NCBI GenBank assembly: GCA_028826165.1
Contig: JAPDFW010000125.1
Coordinates: 372,001-436,000 of the forward strand
Direction of reading: 5' to 3'
Length of the DNA: 64,000 bases
Origin: Anaeramoeba ignava BMAN
Lineage: Eukaryota; Protista; Anaeramoebae
This document shows positions 35,743 to 45,947 of the stretch, piece by piece. The translations under genes were made by a program, and so were the position numbers. Each line of letters starts with the position of its first letter. The stretch's first letter is position 1. Below the pieces are notes generated by a model. It saw nothing but the letters and a program-made list of their open reading frames with translations. It was not told the origin of the DNA and searched no databases.

Positions 35743-38700
35743 ATGAAAGCCTTTATCCAAAAATCTCTAAGCTACTCATACCTATTAACATACGGAACAT
35801 ACCTGAAACAAAACACAAAAAAAGAGCAACTGGAACTCTTCGAACACATGAGAACAGAACTGGAAAGACATCACATAGAAATAGACACAAAAACCAAAAA
35901 GACAGTCAAATATAACAGCAGCCAAGAATATATAAACCTCCAGGAAGGAAAAATTCTCAACAGCCACCACAAAATAAAAATACAAAAAACCAACATTGGC
36001 ATGCTCGAAATAGCCAATGCGCTGGACAAAAACATCAATGGAAGAGTAGTAAAGAAAGGCAAAAATCTAATCGAGATATGGGACAACAAAAAATCAATAG
36101 ATGCAACATTCAAAAAACTGGAAAGGAAAAAAACCTTAATTAAAAAAGGAACAAGAATAACAAGAATAGACACCCAAAACAACTCCACAGAAACGATACG
36201 AGGTTCAAGCTCACAGATCAGCAAGTACTTCATAAAAGTAGCATCATGGAATATAAACGGATTAATACAAAAGGACAAAGAAAAAGAAATAGAAGCTACA
36301 CTCCTAAAGCACGGCATAGATGTGGCTCTGATCCAAGAGACACACATGAAAAAAAAAAAATACTTCCAATACTACAACACTATCCTAAAACCTAGCTATG
36401 GTACACTAGGACCACAAGGAGGACTAAACATACTATACAAAAAATTCTACAAACCCATAGTACAAGAGATAGAAAACGAAGATAAAGACATTCAGATAAT
36501 CAAAATAGCGGACCTACACCTAGTGAACATCTATAAAAGGCACGATCGAGCAGAGGATATCATCCAACAACTACAAAACGTATTGGACCAGTACGGCCGT
36601 GAAAAAACGATTATAGCGGGAGACTTCAATATGACCGCAAAAACACTACAAGAAAAACTCAAACTTGGAGAATTCAAAAGAATCCGGAACAAAAACTACT
36701 CAAGGAATAACAGAAATATAGATCACCTCCTGACAACAGCACAAACGAGAAGTTACTCTCGCACAATCAGATCTGAGCTATCGGACCACAATTGCATCTA
36801 CAACATATGTGAGATCAAAGCAAATGCTGAATTCAAAACCAAAGCCCACATCACAGACTCAAGGAAATTTCAACGGCAATTTGTAAACTGTGTGCAAAAA
36901 GACAACTTTAAAATCAAAGAAACCACAATGAAAAAACTAGAAAGAAAATGGGAAACAAAAAGTAGAATTACAATCACTAACAAAGTACCCAAAGCAATTC
37001 AAGAGATAATCGCACAGCTACAACTAGATCCGAACAAAAAATATAAACTAGCACAGCAGATCAAAAAACAATTCAATAATATGCTCCAATCTACAAACAT
37101 AGACCAACAAATAGAACACAATGAATGGAAAACAATAAAAAAAATTAGAGGCACAAACAAAACTATCCAAACACAAAACAAAAGACTCGAAGAAGAATTC
37201 AGCAAACTCATAGATGGAACCAACATAAGGCCAGACCCCCAAACTCTCCACCAAATCACCCAACTACCGAACCCTCTCCCACCACCCCAAGAACCCCAAC
37301 AAATACAGATCCCGAGAAGCGAAGAATACATCACAATCCAACTAATCCAAAACACGATCACCAAAATGGCAAACAAAGCGGTGAGAGGATTCGACAAAAT
37401 CGAGAACTACAAAAACACACAGAAGGAAGTGGATGAAGAATATGAAGCACTACTAAATACACTAAGACTAGCATTTCTCAATTGGAGAGACAACCCAACA
37501 GAAGCACAACTTAAATATATTAAGGCAAACAACAAAATTTTCATCCACAAAGGAGGCGAAACATGGCCGGCCGCAAACTACCGCCCAATAGCAATCAGTA
37601 ACGCACTCCCCAGAATCTTCCTGAAAATAATTTACTCCAACCTCGAACAGGAATGGGACAAAATAGCAAAGACACAATACGGCTTCAGGAAGCTAGTAGA
37701 CACGAGAATTGCAACGATAGACCTCCTGGAAAAGTACAACACAATGGATTCCCCAACCATCATGACACTAGACATAACCAAATGCTTCGACAACGTTAAC
37801 CATCAGCTAATAAGGGAAACCATCAAGAAATTTGTGGACCACAAACCAACCCAGGAATTTCTAATTCAATACTATGCAGGAGATGGATACGGAACTTTCC
37901 AGGGAGACCCACTGTCGCCTATTATATTTGCATTCACAAGCCACTACCTAATTGGGGAACTGGAAAAGACAACGGCACACACCCAAATGTTTGCCGACGA
38001 CGTAATCATGCTCCTCCAGGAATCAATCGATGAAACGAAAACCAAAAAAGTACACGAACTGATTGCAATATACCGTCAATTCGGTCTAAAGATAAACGAA
38101 TCCAAGACCATCATCACTAAGAACCTCAACGAGGTAAAATACCTAGGAATCCATCTAGAAAGAACCACTCACATCAAAAACAACCTACAAAAAGCAAACG
38201 CGACCTTTGAGAAATACATATACATCTTTACAAATCCCACACTCTCGAACGCAGTCAAACTGCAAATTTACGAAGCGATGATTCTCGCGCAAACATACTA
38301 CGGTACGGAAATATTCAACATAACACCAGAAGACATCAAGAAAATAGACACACAAATCAACTCACATTTATGCCAACTCCTGAGAATCAACCGACACTCC
38401 CCCACCTTGATCTATCGAACAGATGCCAAAATTTGGAGTGCCTACTATACCATAAACAAAAGGAAATGGAAACTCCAACAAAAACTTCGAAAACTAGGAC
38501 ACCCACTGGCAGAGAACCTCAAGTTCACTCCAGAAAACAACAAACAAGATGAAATATGGAAAACAAGGAACCAAAACCAACTCAAACTTCTCATCTCAAA
38601 ATCAATCAAAGAACAGATCCAAAATTCAGAATCCAAAAAAACAAAAAAATACTATAATATGATAAAAGATGCAACCCACTTAGAAAGACAAAAATACCTA

Positions 38701-39015
38701 AAATGGAACTCATCAACAACACTCCTCAAAATCAGAATGAGATCAAACGGCCTAAACGGTTATAGCTACAGATGGAATAAGAACAACCAAAACAAAACTC
38801 CTGACTGTCCCTTCTGTGACGGAAACAAAGAAAATCTAAAACACGCCTTACTCAAATGCCCTCAATACGATCAGATCAGACCCCAAAAAATTCGGAACGA
38901 AAGAGACCTCAAAGTGATCATAAACAAAGCAACCACAGAACAAGAATCCTTCAACACACTAACCCAATTTATGAATGAAATAATGAAAGAGAGAGCGAAG
39001 AGGGTTGGCCAATAA
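35743..39015 (+). CDS. LINE ORF2: AP endonuclease, reverse transcriptase, CCHC zinc knuckle
   Basis: APE: SWNINGL, IQETH, AGDFN, IDH, SDH. RT: NYRPIA, QYGFR, LDITKCFDNV, QGDPLSP, FADD, GLKINESKT, YLG. Knuckle: CPFC-x8-H-x4-C. Confidence 0.95.
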   Translation: MKAFIQKSLSYSYLLTYGTYLKQNTKKEQLELFEHMRTELERHHIEIDTKTKKTVKYNSSQEYINLQEGKILNSHHKIKIQKTNIGMLEIANALDKNINGRVVKKGKNLIEIWDNKKSIDATFKKLERKKTLIKKGTRITRIDTQNNSTETIRGSSSQISKYFIKVASWNINGLIQKDKEKEIEATLLKHGIDVALIQETHMKKKKYFQYYNTILKPSYGTLGPQGGLNILYKKFYKPIVQEIENEDKDIQIIKIADLHLVNIYKRHDRAEDIIQQLQNVLDQYGREKTIIAGDFNMTAKTLQEKLKLGEFKRIRNKNYSRNNRNIDHLLTTAQTRSYSRTIRSELSDHNCIYNICEIKANAEFKTKAHITDSRKFQRQFVNCVQKDNFKIKETTMKKLERKWETKSRITITNKVPKAIQEIIAQLQLDPNKKYKLAQQIKKQFNNMLQSTNIDQQIEHNEWKTIKKIRGTNKTIQTQNKRLEEEFSKLIDGTNIRPDPQTLHQITQLPNPLPPPQEPQQIQIPRSEEYITIQLIQNTITKMANKAVRGFDKIENYKNTQKEVDEEYEALLNTLRLAFLNWRDNPTEAQLKYIKANNKIFIHKGGETWPAANYRPIAISNALPRIFLKIIYSNLEQEWDKIAKTQYGFRKLVDTRIATIDLLEKYNTMDSPTIMTLDITKCFDNVNHQLIRETIKKFVDHKPTQEFLIQYYAGDGYGTFQGDPLSPIIFAFTSHYLIGELEKTTAHTQMFADDVIMLLQESIDETKTKKVHELIAIYRQFGLKINESKTIITKNLNEVKYLGIHLERTTHIKNNLQKANATFEKYIYIFTNPTLSNAVKLQIYEAMILAQTYYGTEIFNITPEDIKKIDTQINSHLCQLLRINRHSPTLIYRTDAKIWSAYYTINKRKWKLQQKLRKLGHPLAENLKFTPENNKQDEIWKTRNQNQLKLLISKSIKEQIQNSESKKTKKYYNMIKDATHLERQKYLKWNSSTTLLKIRMRSNGLNGYSYRWNKNNQNKTPDCPFCDGNKENLKHALLKCPQYDQIRPQKIRNERDLKVIINKATTEQESFNTLTQFMNEIMKERAKRVGQ

Positions 39016-39208
39016 AAAAAAAAAATATAAAAAAAAAAAAAAGCCAACACCATTCAAAAAAAAAAAAAAAAAAAAAAAAATAATTTTCGATCCAAAAAAA
39101 ATTAAATAATTTTTCAAATTAAATTAATAAAAAAATAACAACAAAAACAAAATATTTTTTTTTCTCATTTATTTTTTTTCATTTTTTTCATTTTTTTTAT
39201 TTATTAAA

Positions 39209-40967
39209 ATGCAAAAAGAAGAACAAGAACAAGAACAAAAAGAAGAACAAGAACAAGAACAAGAACAAAATTATTTAACTGAAGACCAAATTCCATTAAT
39301 TAATCCTCAAAATTTACCTCAAAAATTTTCTAAAAAACCAACACATTTTTATTTTGAAATTCCAGAAAGATTTACTAATTTTTTTCGGAAATTTGATTTA
39401 GCAATAATTGATTTTTGTCAAAGATTTGATTCTAAATTTATTTTTTCCATTTCCTATTTTATAACTTGTAAAATGACAATAAATTTTATCATTTTTTTTT
39501 TCATATTCAATTTACATTCTTTTTCAGTTTTAACTTCAATTGAAATTGGATTATCTCTTCCTTTTATATTTTTTATTTTTCGTCTTGATGGGATTGCAAT
39601 TGAATTTAGTTATTTAATGTTACTTTATTCTTTTATTTCTCAAATTCCCAAACGATTTCTTTGGAGATCAAGACCTTGGATGGTTGGAGATGCAAAAAAA
39701 GCAAGTTTTTTAATTTTTGTTTTTAAAAAAAAAGTCAAAAAAAAATTTTTCCCTAATTCCAAAAAAAAAAAATTTTTTTCTTTTAAAAACAATTAAAAGG
39801 TTAGAAAAGATTTAACCTCTTCTTTTCCTTCTCGTGCTGTTTCAGGTGCTGTTGTTTATGGATTTCTTTTAAATTATATAACTGAATATTTTAAGGAAGA
39901 TGATCAATTAAAAATTTCTTGGATATTTATTATTGTTGTAATTTTTCTTGTGTTATGGGCATCATTTTCAAGAGTAATTTATATAAAAATTTAATATAAA
40001 ATTTAATATAAAATTAATATAATTTAATTTTTAGATTAATTTTGGTGTTCATTATCCATCTGGTACATTTAAATCCAAAATAAATTTTAAATCAAAATTA
40101 AATTTAAATCAAAATATAAATCAAAATAATTTTAAAATCAAAATATAAATTAAAATAAATTTAAATCAAAATTAAATTTAAATCAAAATAATTTCAAATC
40201 AAAATAAATTTAAATCAAAATAAATTTAAATCAAAATAAATTTAAAATCAAAATAAATTTATTTAGATTGTATTTTTGGTGCAATTCAAGGTTTAATTAT
40301 TTGTGCTGCTGGTTATGGTATTTATAGAAGCGATAATTTTGGTTGTTCTTCGTGTTCTACAAATGATTGTTATGCTCAAAAAAATTCAAATCATGTAATT
40401 GATTGGTATCATTTAAAAAGAGCTCATTGGTTAACATTTTTTGTTTCAACAATAGCTTGTTTTATAATAACATTAATTGCCATTTCAAAACCATTAGAAT
40501 TTTGGGTAAAATGCCAATATGTTTTTGGGTAAAATAAATTTTAAATCAAAATAAATTTAAAAAACAAAAAAGTGGAACAAAAATTGGAACAAAAAAAAAT
40601 TTTCATTTTTATTTTTGTTTTTATTTAGTCAACTCTTTCCAGTTTTAACATTCCATTTTACTTTTCTTTGCAAAGAAGGATTTCCTGGTTATGGAAATTC
40701 TTTATCAAATAATGGACATAATTTTCTTTGGTATTCTATTGTTATTTGCATTATTTCTATTCCAATTCAATTTGTAAGTTTAAATTTGGAATGAAAAAAA
40801 ATAAAATCCAATTTTCTTTTTTCTAATTAAAAAATCTTTTCTTTTCTTTTCTTTAGATTATTGGTCATAAATTAAAAAAAGGATATAAAACATTTCTTTC
40901 TTTCATAATTTTATTTTGTTTTAATTTTCTTGTGATTTTTCTTTATAGGGGTTTATTAACCCGATAA
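39209..40967 (+). CDS. PAP2-superfamily membrane lipid phosphatase-like protein, multi-exon
   Basis: Spliced motifs C1 KRFLWRSRP, C2 SFPSRA and C3 SR|INFGVHYPS|D; several hydrophobic helices; stop at 40965-40967. Confidence 0.75.
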
Positions 40968-41028
40968 AAATATAAAGATCAAAATAAAAATCAAAATCAA
41001 AATAAAAGTTTCAATAATAATTTTTCAA

Positions 41029-43276
41029 TTAATTCATCGAATCAGAATCTAAATCAAATTCAATTATTTTAATCCCTAAAAGAAAAAAAAATTTAATTTT
41101 AATTTTAATATTAATATTTTCTTTTTAAAAAAAAGATTTACATCCTAAAACTTTTTTGGAAAGTTTTTTTTGAGATTTTGAATAAAAATCAAAATATAAA
41201 ATTTCAAATAAGCATTTTGTTTCTTCAAGTTTTTTCAAAGAAAAAGAGGATTTAGAATTTATCCATTCAAAATGTGCTTTTTCAAACTAAAATTATAAAT
41301 TATAAATTATAAATTAAATTTTGTTTTGTTTTGTTTTTTTTTACTAAAGAAACTGATCTTTCATAAATTAATTTTGAAGCAGAATCAATTTTTTCTTCAT
41401 TTTTTTGGAAAATTTTTAGTTTAATAATTGTTTTAAGTTTTTCGATCTTTTTGAATATTTCCAAGTAAAGATTTATCATTGGTTTTACTATTAAAAATAT
41501 TTATAATTTTTTTAATTTTGGAATTTTGGAATTTTGGAATTTTTTTTTTGAATTTTTTAAAACCTTCTTCTTTTTTTAAAATTTCGGGAAAATTTTTTTG
41601 AGTTTCAGATATTGAAAATTTTAAATAATTTGCAGCAAATAAATATAAAACAAGAGCTTTATATGAATTATTTAAACAAATCTATTTTAAATAATCAAAA
41701 AAGGAGATTAATTTAATTTAATTTAATTTAATTATTTAATTATTTAATTATTTAATCACTTCATTTGCGAACGATTGAAGATAAATTATTCTTGTTTGAA
41801 TTTCTTGAATTTTTTCTTTGAAATTATCTTGGTTTATTATTGGTAAAATTTCTTTAGCTTCTTTATTTCTCTAAATTATTTTTTGGATTAAAAATTTTCG
41901 ATTTAAATTAAATTAAATTAAATTAAATTAAATTAAATTAAATTTGATAACAAACTCCAGCAAGAAATGAATTTTTTTTGACTTCATTAATTCCAATTCT
42001 TAATTTTGGATCTGTAACTAATAAACCCTTAATTAAATCTCTACATGATTGAGGAACATTCACCTAATAAGCAAAAAACAATTTTAATTTGAATTTTAAT
42101 TTTAATTTTAATTTTAATTTTAATTTTAATTTTAATTTTAATTTTAATTTTAATTTTAATTTGAATATTGAATTTGAATTTGAATTTTAATTTTAATTTG
42201 AATTTGAATATTTAATTTGAATTTGAATATTGAATTTATAAATGAATTTGAATTTATAAATGAATTTGAATTTGAACATTTAATTTTTCTGGAAGACTTT
42301 TTTGGGTTTTTTGTTTGAAAATTTTTTTCAACTCTTGAAATGTTAGTGCAATAAAAGGAGGGTCTCCAGTAATAACTTGATAATAAATCGCACCTAAACT
42401 CCATAAATCAGCTTTATAAGTATATTTTCCAGACAAAACCTGAATTAAAATAAAGAAGAAAAAATAATAAGTAAAATAAAATGGAAAAAGCTAAATCTCT
42501 CTATTTCTTTTACTTCTGGAGCCATATATAAAGGTGTTCCACAAATTGTCATTGCTAAATCTTTTGGATCCAACAAATTGGTTTCTTGAAGTTCTCGAGC
42601 AAAACCAAAATCTGCTAATTTTATAATATATCCAAATGGTGAACCTGTTTTTTCTTTTAATAAAATATTTTCAGGTTTTAAATCACGATGCATCATTGAT
42701 TTTTCAAATAAATGATTTAATGATTTGACTTTTTAAATTAAAAATTTTTTAAAACGATTTAAATTGAATTTTTAAATTGAATTTTTAAATTGAATTTTTA
42801 AATTGAATTTTTAAATTAAATTATTTCTACAAATTCCTTTAAAAATATATTGAATTTCTTGAAGTGTTAATGGATTTGATTTTTTTCTTTCTTCTAAAAA
42901 GGTTCCAAGATTTCCTTTATCACAAAATTCCATAACAAGATAAATTTTTTCAGCCTTTTTAATTTTAAATTTTTAATTTTAATTTTAATTTTAAATTTTT
43001 AATTCTAAATTTTAATTTTTAATCTACTTTTTCATAATCTTTAGGTTCAACAAAAAATAATTCAACTGCATTTTCATGTTTAATTGATTGCATAACTTCA
43101 ATTTCTCGAAATATTTTTTCAGGTGGAATTGTTGTTGATTTTAAATCAATTTCTTTTACTGCACAAATTTTATCTGTATCTATAATTTCTCCTTTATAAA
43201 CAATTGCAAAACTTCCTTTTCCAATTATTCTAGAAGTTTTAAATTTATTTCCTTTTGGATATTTTTGAGATGACAT
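41029..43276 (-). CDS. ATG1: ATG1/ULK-like Ser/Thr kinase, multi-exon
   Basis: GKGSFAIVYKG, AVKEI, IYLVMEFCDKGNL, HRDLKPENILL, IKLADFGFAR, TICGTPLYMAPE, KADLWSLG. A helical C-terminal region contains KALVLYL (tandem-MIT-like). Confidence 0.8.
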
Positions 43277-43354
43277 TTGAAAATAATAACAATAACGAAA
43301 GAAAAGAAAAAGGAAAAAAAGGAAAAAAATGAAAAATAAAAAAGGAAAAAAAAT

Positions 43355-45615
43355 TATTAATAAAAAATGGAATAAATTTATTAATAAAAAATAGAATAAA
43401 TTTATTAATAAAAAATATAATAAATTTATTAATAAAAAATGGAATAAATTTATTAATAAAAAATATAATAAATTTATTAATAAAAAATAGAATAAATTTA
43501 TTAATAAAAAAGTGGAATAAATTTATTAATAAAAAAGTGGAATAAATTTATTAATAAAAATGGAATAAATTTATTAATAAAAAAGTGGAATAAATTTATT
43601 AATAAAAAAGTGGAATAAATTTATTAATAAAAATATAATAAATTTATTAAAAAAATGGAATAAATTTATTAATAATAAATATAATAAATTTATTAATAAA
43701 AAAAGTGGAATAAATTTATTAATAAAAAAGTGGAATAAATTTATTAATAAAAAAGTGGAATAAATTTATTAATAAAAATATAATAAATTTATTAATAAAT
43801 AAATAGAATAAATTTATTAATAATAAATAGAATAAATTTATTAATAAAAATGTAATAAATTTATTAATAAAAATATAATAAAATTATTAATAATAAAATG
43901 AAATAAATTTATAAATAAAAATATAATAAATTTATTAATAAATAAATGGAATAAATTTATTAATAATAAATGGGAATAAATTTATTAATAAAAAATGGAA
44001 TAAATTTATTAATAAAAATGGAATAAATTTATTAATAAAAATATAATAAATTTATTAATAAAAATGGAATAAATTTATTAATAAAAAAAGTAATAAATTT
44101 ATTAATAAAAATAGAATAAATTTATTAATAAAAAATAGAATAAATTTATTAATAAAAATAGAATAAAATTATTAATAAAAAATGGAATAAAATTATTAAT
44201 AAAAAAGTGAAATAAATTTATTAATAAAATTATTAATAAAATTTATTATTAAAAAAATATATAATAAATTTATTAATAAAAATATAATAAATTTATTAAT
44301 AAAAATATAATAAATTTATTAATAAAAATAAAATAAATTTATTAATAAAAAATAAAATAAATTTATTAATAAAAAAGTGGAATAAATTTATTAATAAAAA
44401 TGGAATAAATTTATTAATAAAAATGGAATAAATTTATTAATAAAAATGGAATAAATTTTTATTAATAAAAATAGAATAAATTTATTAATAAAAATATTAA
44501 AATAGAATAAATTTATTAATAAAAAATATAATAAATTTATTAATAAAAATAAAATAAATTTTAATAAAAAAAATAAAATAAATTTATTAATAAAAAATAG
44601 AATAAATTTATTAATAAAAATAGAATAAATTTATTAATAAAAATGGAATAAATTTATTAATAAAAAATATAATAAATTTATTAATAAAAATGGAATAAAA
44701 TAAATTTATTAATAAAAATAGAATAAATTTATTAATAAAAATATAATAAATTTATTAATAAAAATGGAATAAATTTATTAATAAAAAGTGGAATAAATTT
44801 ATTAATAAAAAAAATATAATAAATTTATTAATAAAAAATAATAAATTTATTAATAAAAATAATAAATTTATTAATAAAAATAAAATAAATTTATTAATAA
44901 AAATGGAATAAATTTATTAATAAAAATGGAATAAATTTATTAATAAAAAATAGAATAAATTTATTAATAAAAATAAAATAAATTTATTATTAAAAAAATA
45001 GAATAAATTTATTAATAAAAAGTGGAATAAATTTATTAATAAAAATGGAATAAATTTATTAAAAAAATAAATATTAAATTTATTTAATAAAAATAGAATA
45101 AATTTATTAATAAAAATAGAATAAATTTATTAATAAAAATGGAATAAATTTATTAATAAAAATGGAATAAATTTATTAATAAAAATGGAATAAATTTATT
45201 AATAAAAATATGGAATAAATTTATTAATAAAAAGTGGAATAAATTTATTAATAAAAATATAATAAATTTATTAATAAAAATAAAATAAATTTATTAATAA
45301 AAATAAAATAAATTTATTAATAAAAATAAAATAAATTTATTAATAAAAAATATAATAAATTTATTAATAAAAAGTGGAATAAATTTATTAATAAAAAAGG
45401 AAAAAAAATTATTAATAAAAAGTGGAATAAATTTATTAATAAAAAAGTGGAATAAATTTATTAATAAAAAATAGAATAAATTTATTAATAAAAAATAGAA
45501 TAAAATTTATTAATAAAAAATAGAATAAATTTATTAATAAAAAATGGAATAAATTTATTAATAAAAAATGGAATAAATTTATTAATAAAAAATGAAATAA
45601 ATTTATTAATAAAAA
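43355..45615. repeat. ~20-22-bp minisatellite with the palindromic core AATAAATTTATT
   Basis: About 100 units of AATAAATTTATTAATAAAAA(A)T(GG/AG/AT), intergenic between ATG1 and U1. Confidence 0.9.
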
Positions 45616-45635
45616 GAAAATTAAAACAAAAATAA

Positions 45636-45803
45636 ATGGGTCAGCGAAAGAAAACGCTAGACCCACATGGCACACAAATTTCGCGTTCACTGAAAGCATT
45701 TTTGCCAAGTGTAAAGAAGACTACTCCTTTCGTGCAATAGGAATTGATTTATCTTCCTAGTCGCAATCGGCTTGATTGATTTACGACAACGCAAGGTAAG
45801 TAC
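45636..45803 (-). ncRNA. U1: U1 spliceosomal snRNA
   Basis: Minus strand begins GUACUUACCU. Helix H is UUGCGUU/AACGCGA. SL1 present; SL2 loop AUUGCAC (U1A site); SL3 present; Sm site AAUUUGUG; 3' hairpin UGGGUCUAGCG...CGCUGACCCA. About 168 nt. Confidence 0.93.
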
Positions 45804-45947
45804 TAATTTAAAAATAAAAAAAATATTTTATAAAATAAAAATAATAAAATTTTTTTTAATTATGGAAAAAAATTTCTTTTTCATTTTTTCATTTTTTATT
45901 TTTTCATTTTTCATTTTTCATTTTTTCATTTTAATTTGAAAAAGAAA

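Larger units (their letters stand above)
35126..39080 (+). mobile_element. Full-length non-LTR retrotransposon (APE-RT-CCHC LINE), ~3.95 kb
   Basis: Two ORFs and a poly(A) tail at 39056-39080. Target-site duplication (A)11TAATTT at 35109-35125 and 39070-39086. The A/C-rich composition differs from host genes. Confidence 0.93.

Noticed and set aside
43355-45615. Regularly spaced palindromic repeats resembling a CRISPR array
   Set aside because: No unique spacers, no cas genes, eukaryotic context.
45436-45708. 90-aa minus-strand ORF
   Set aside because: It overlaps the U1 snRNA 3' half and the minisatellite; U1 structure explains the sequence.
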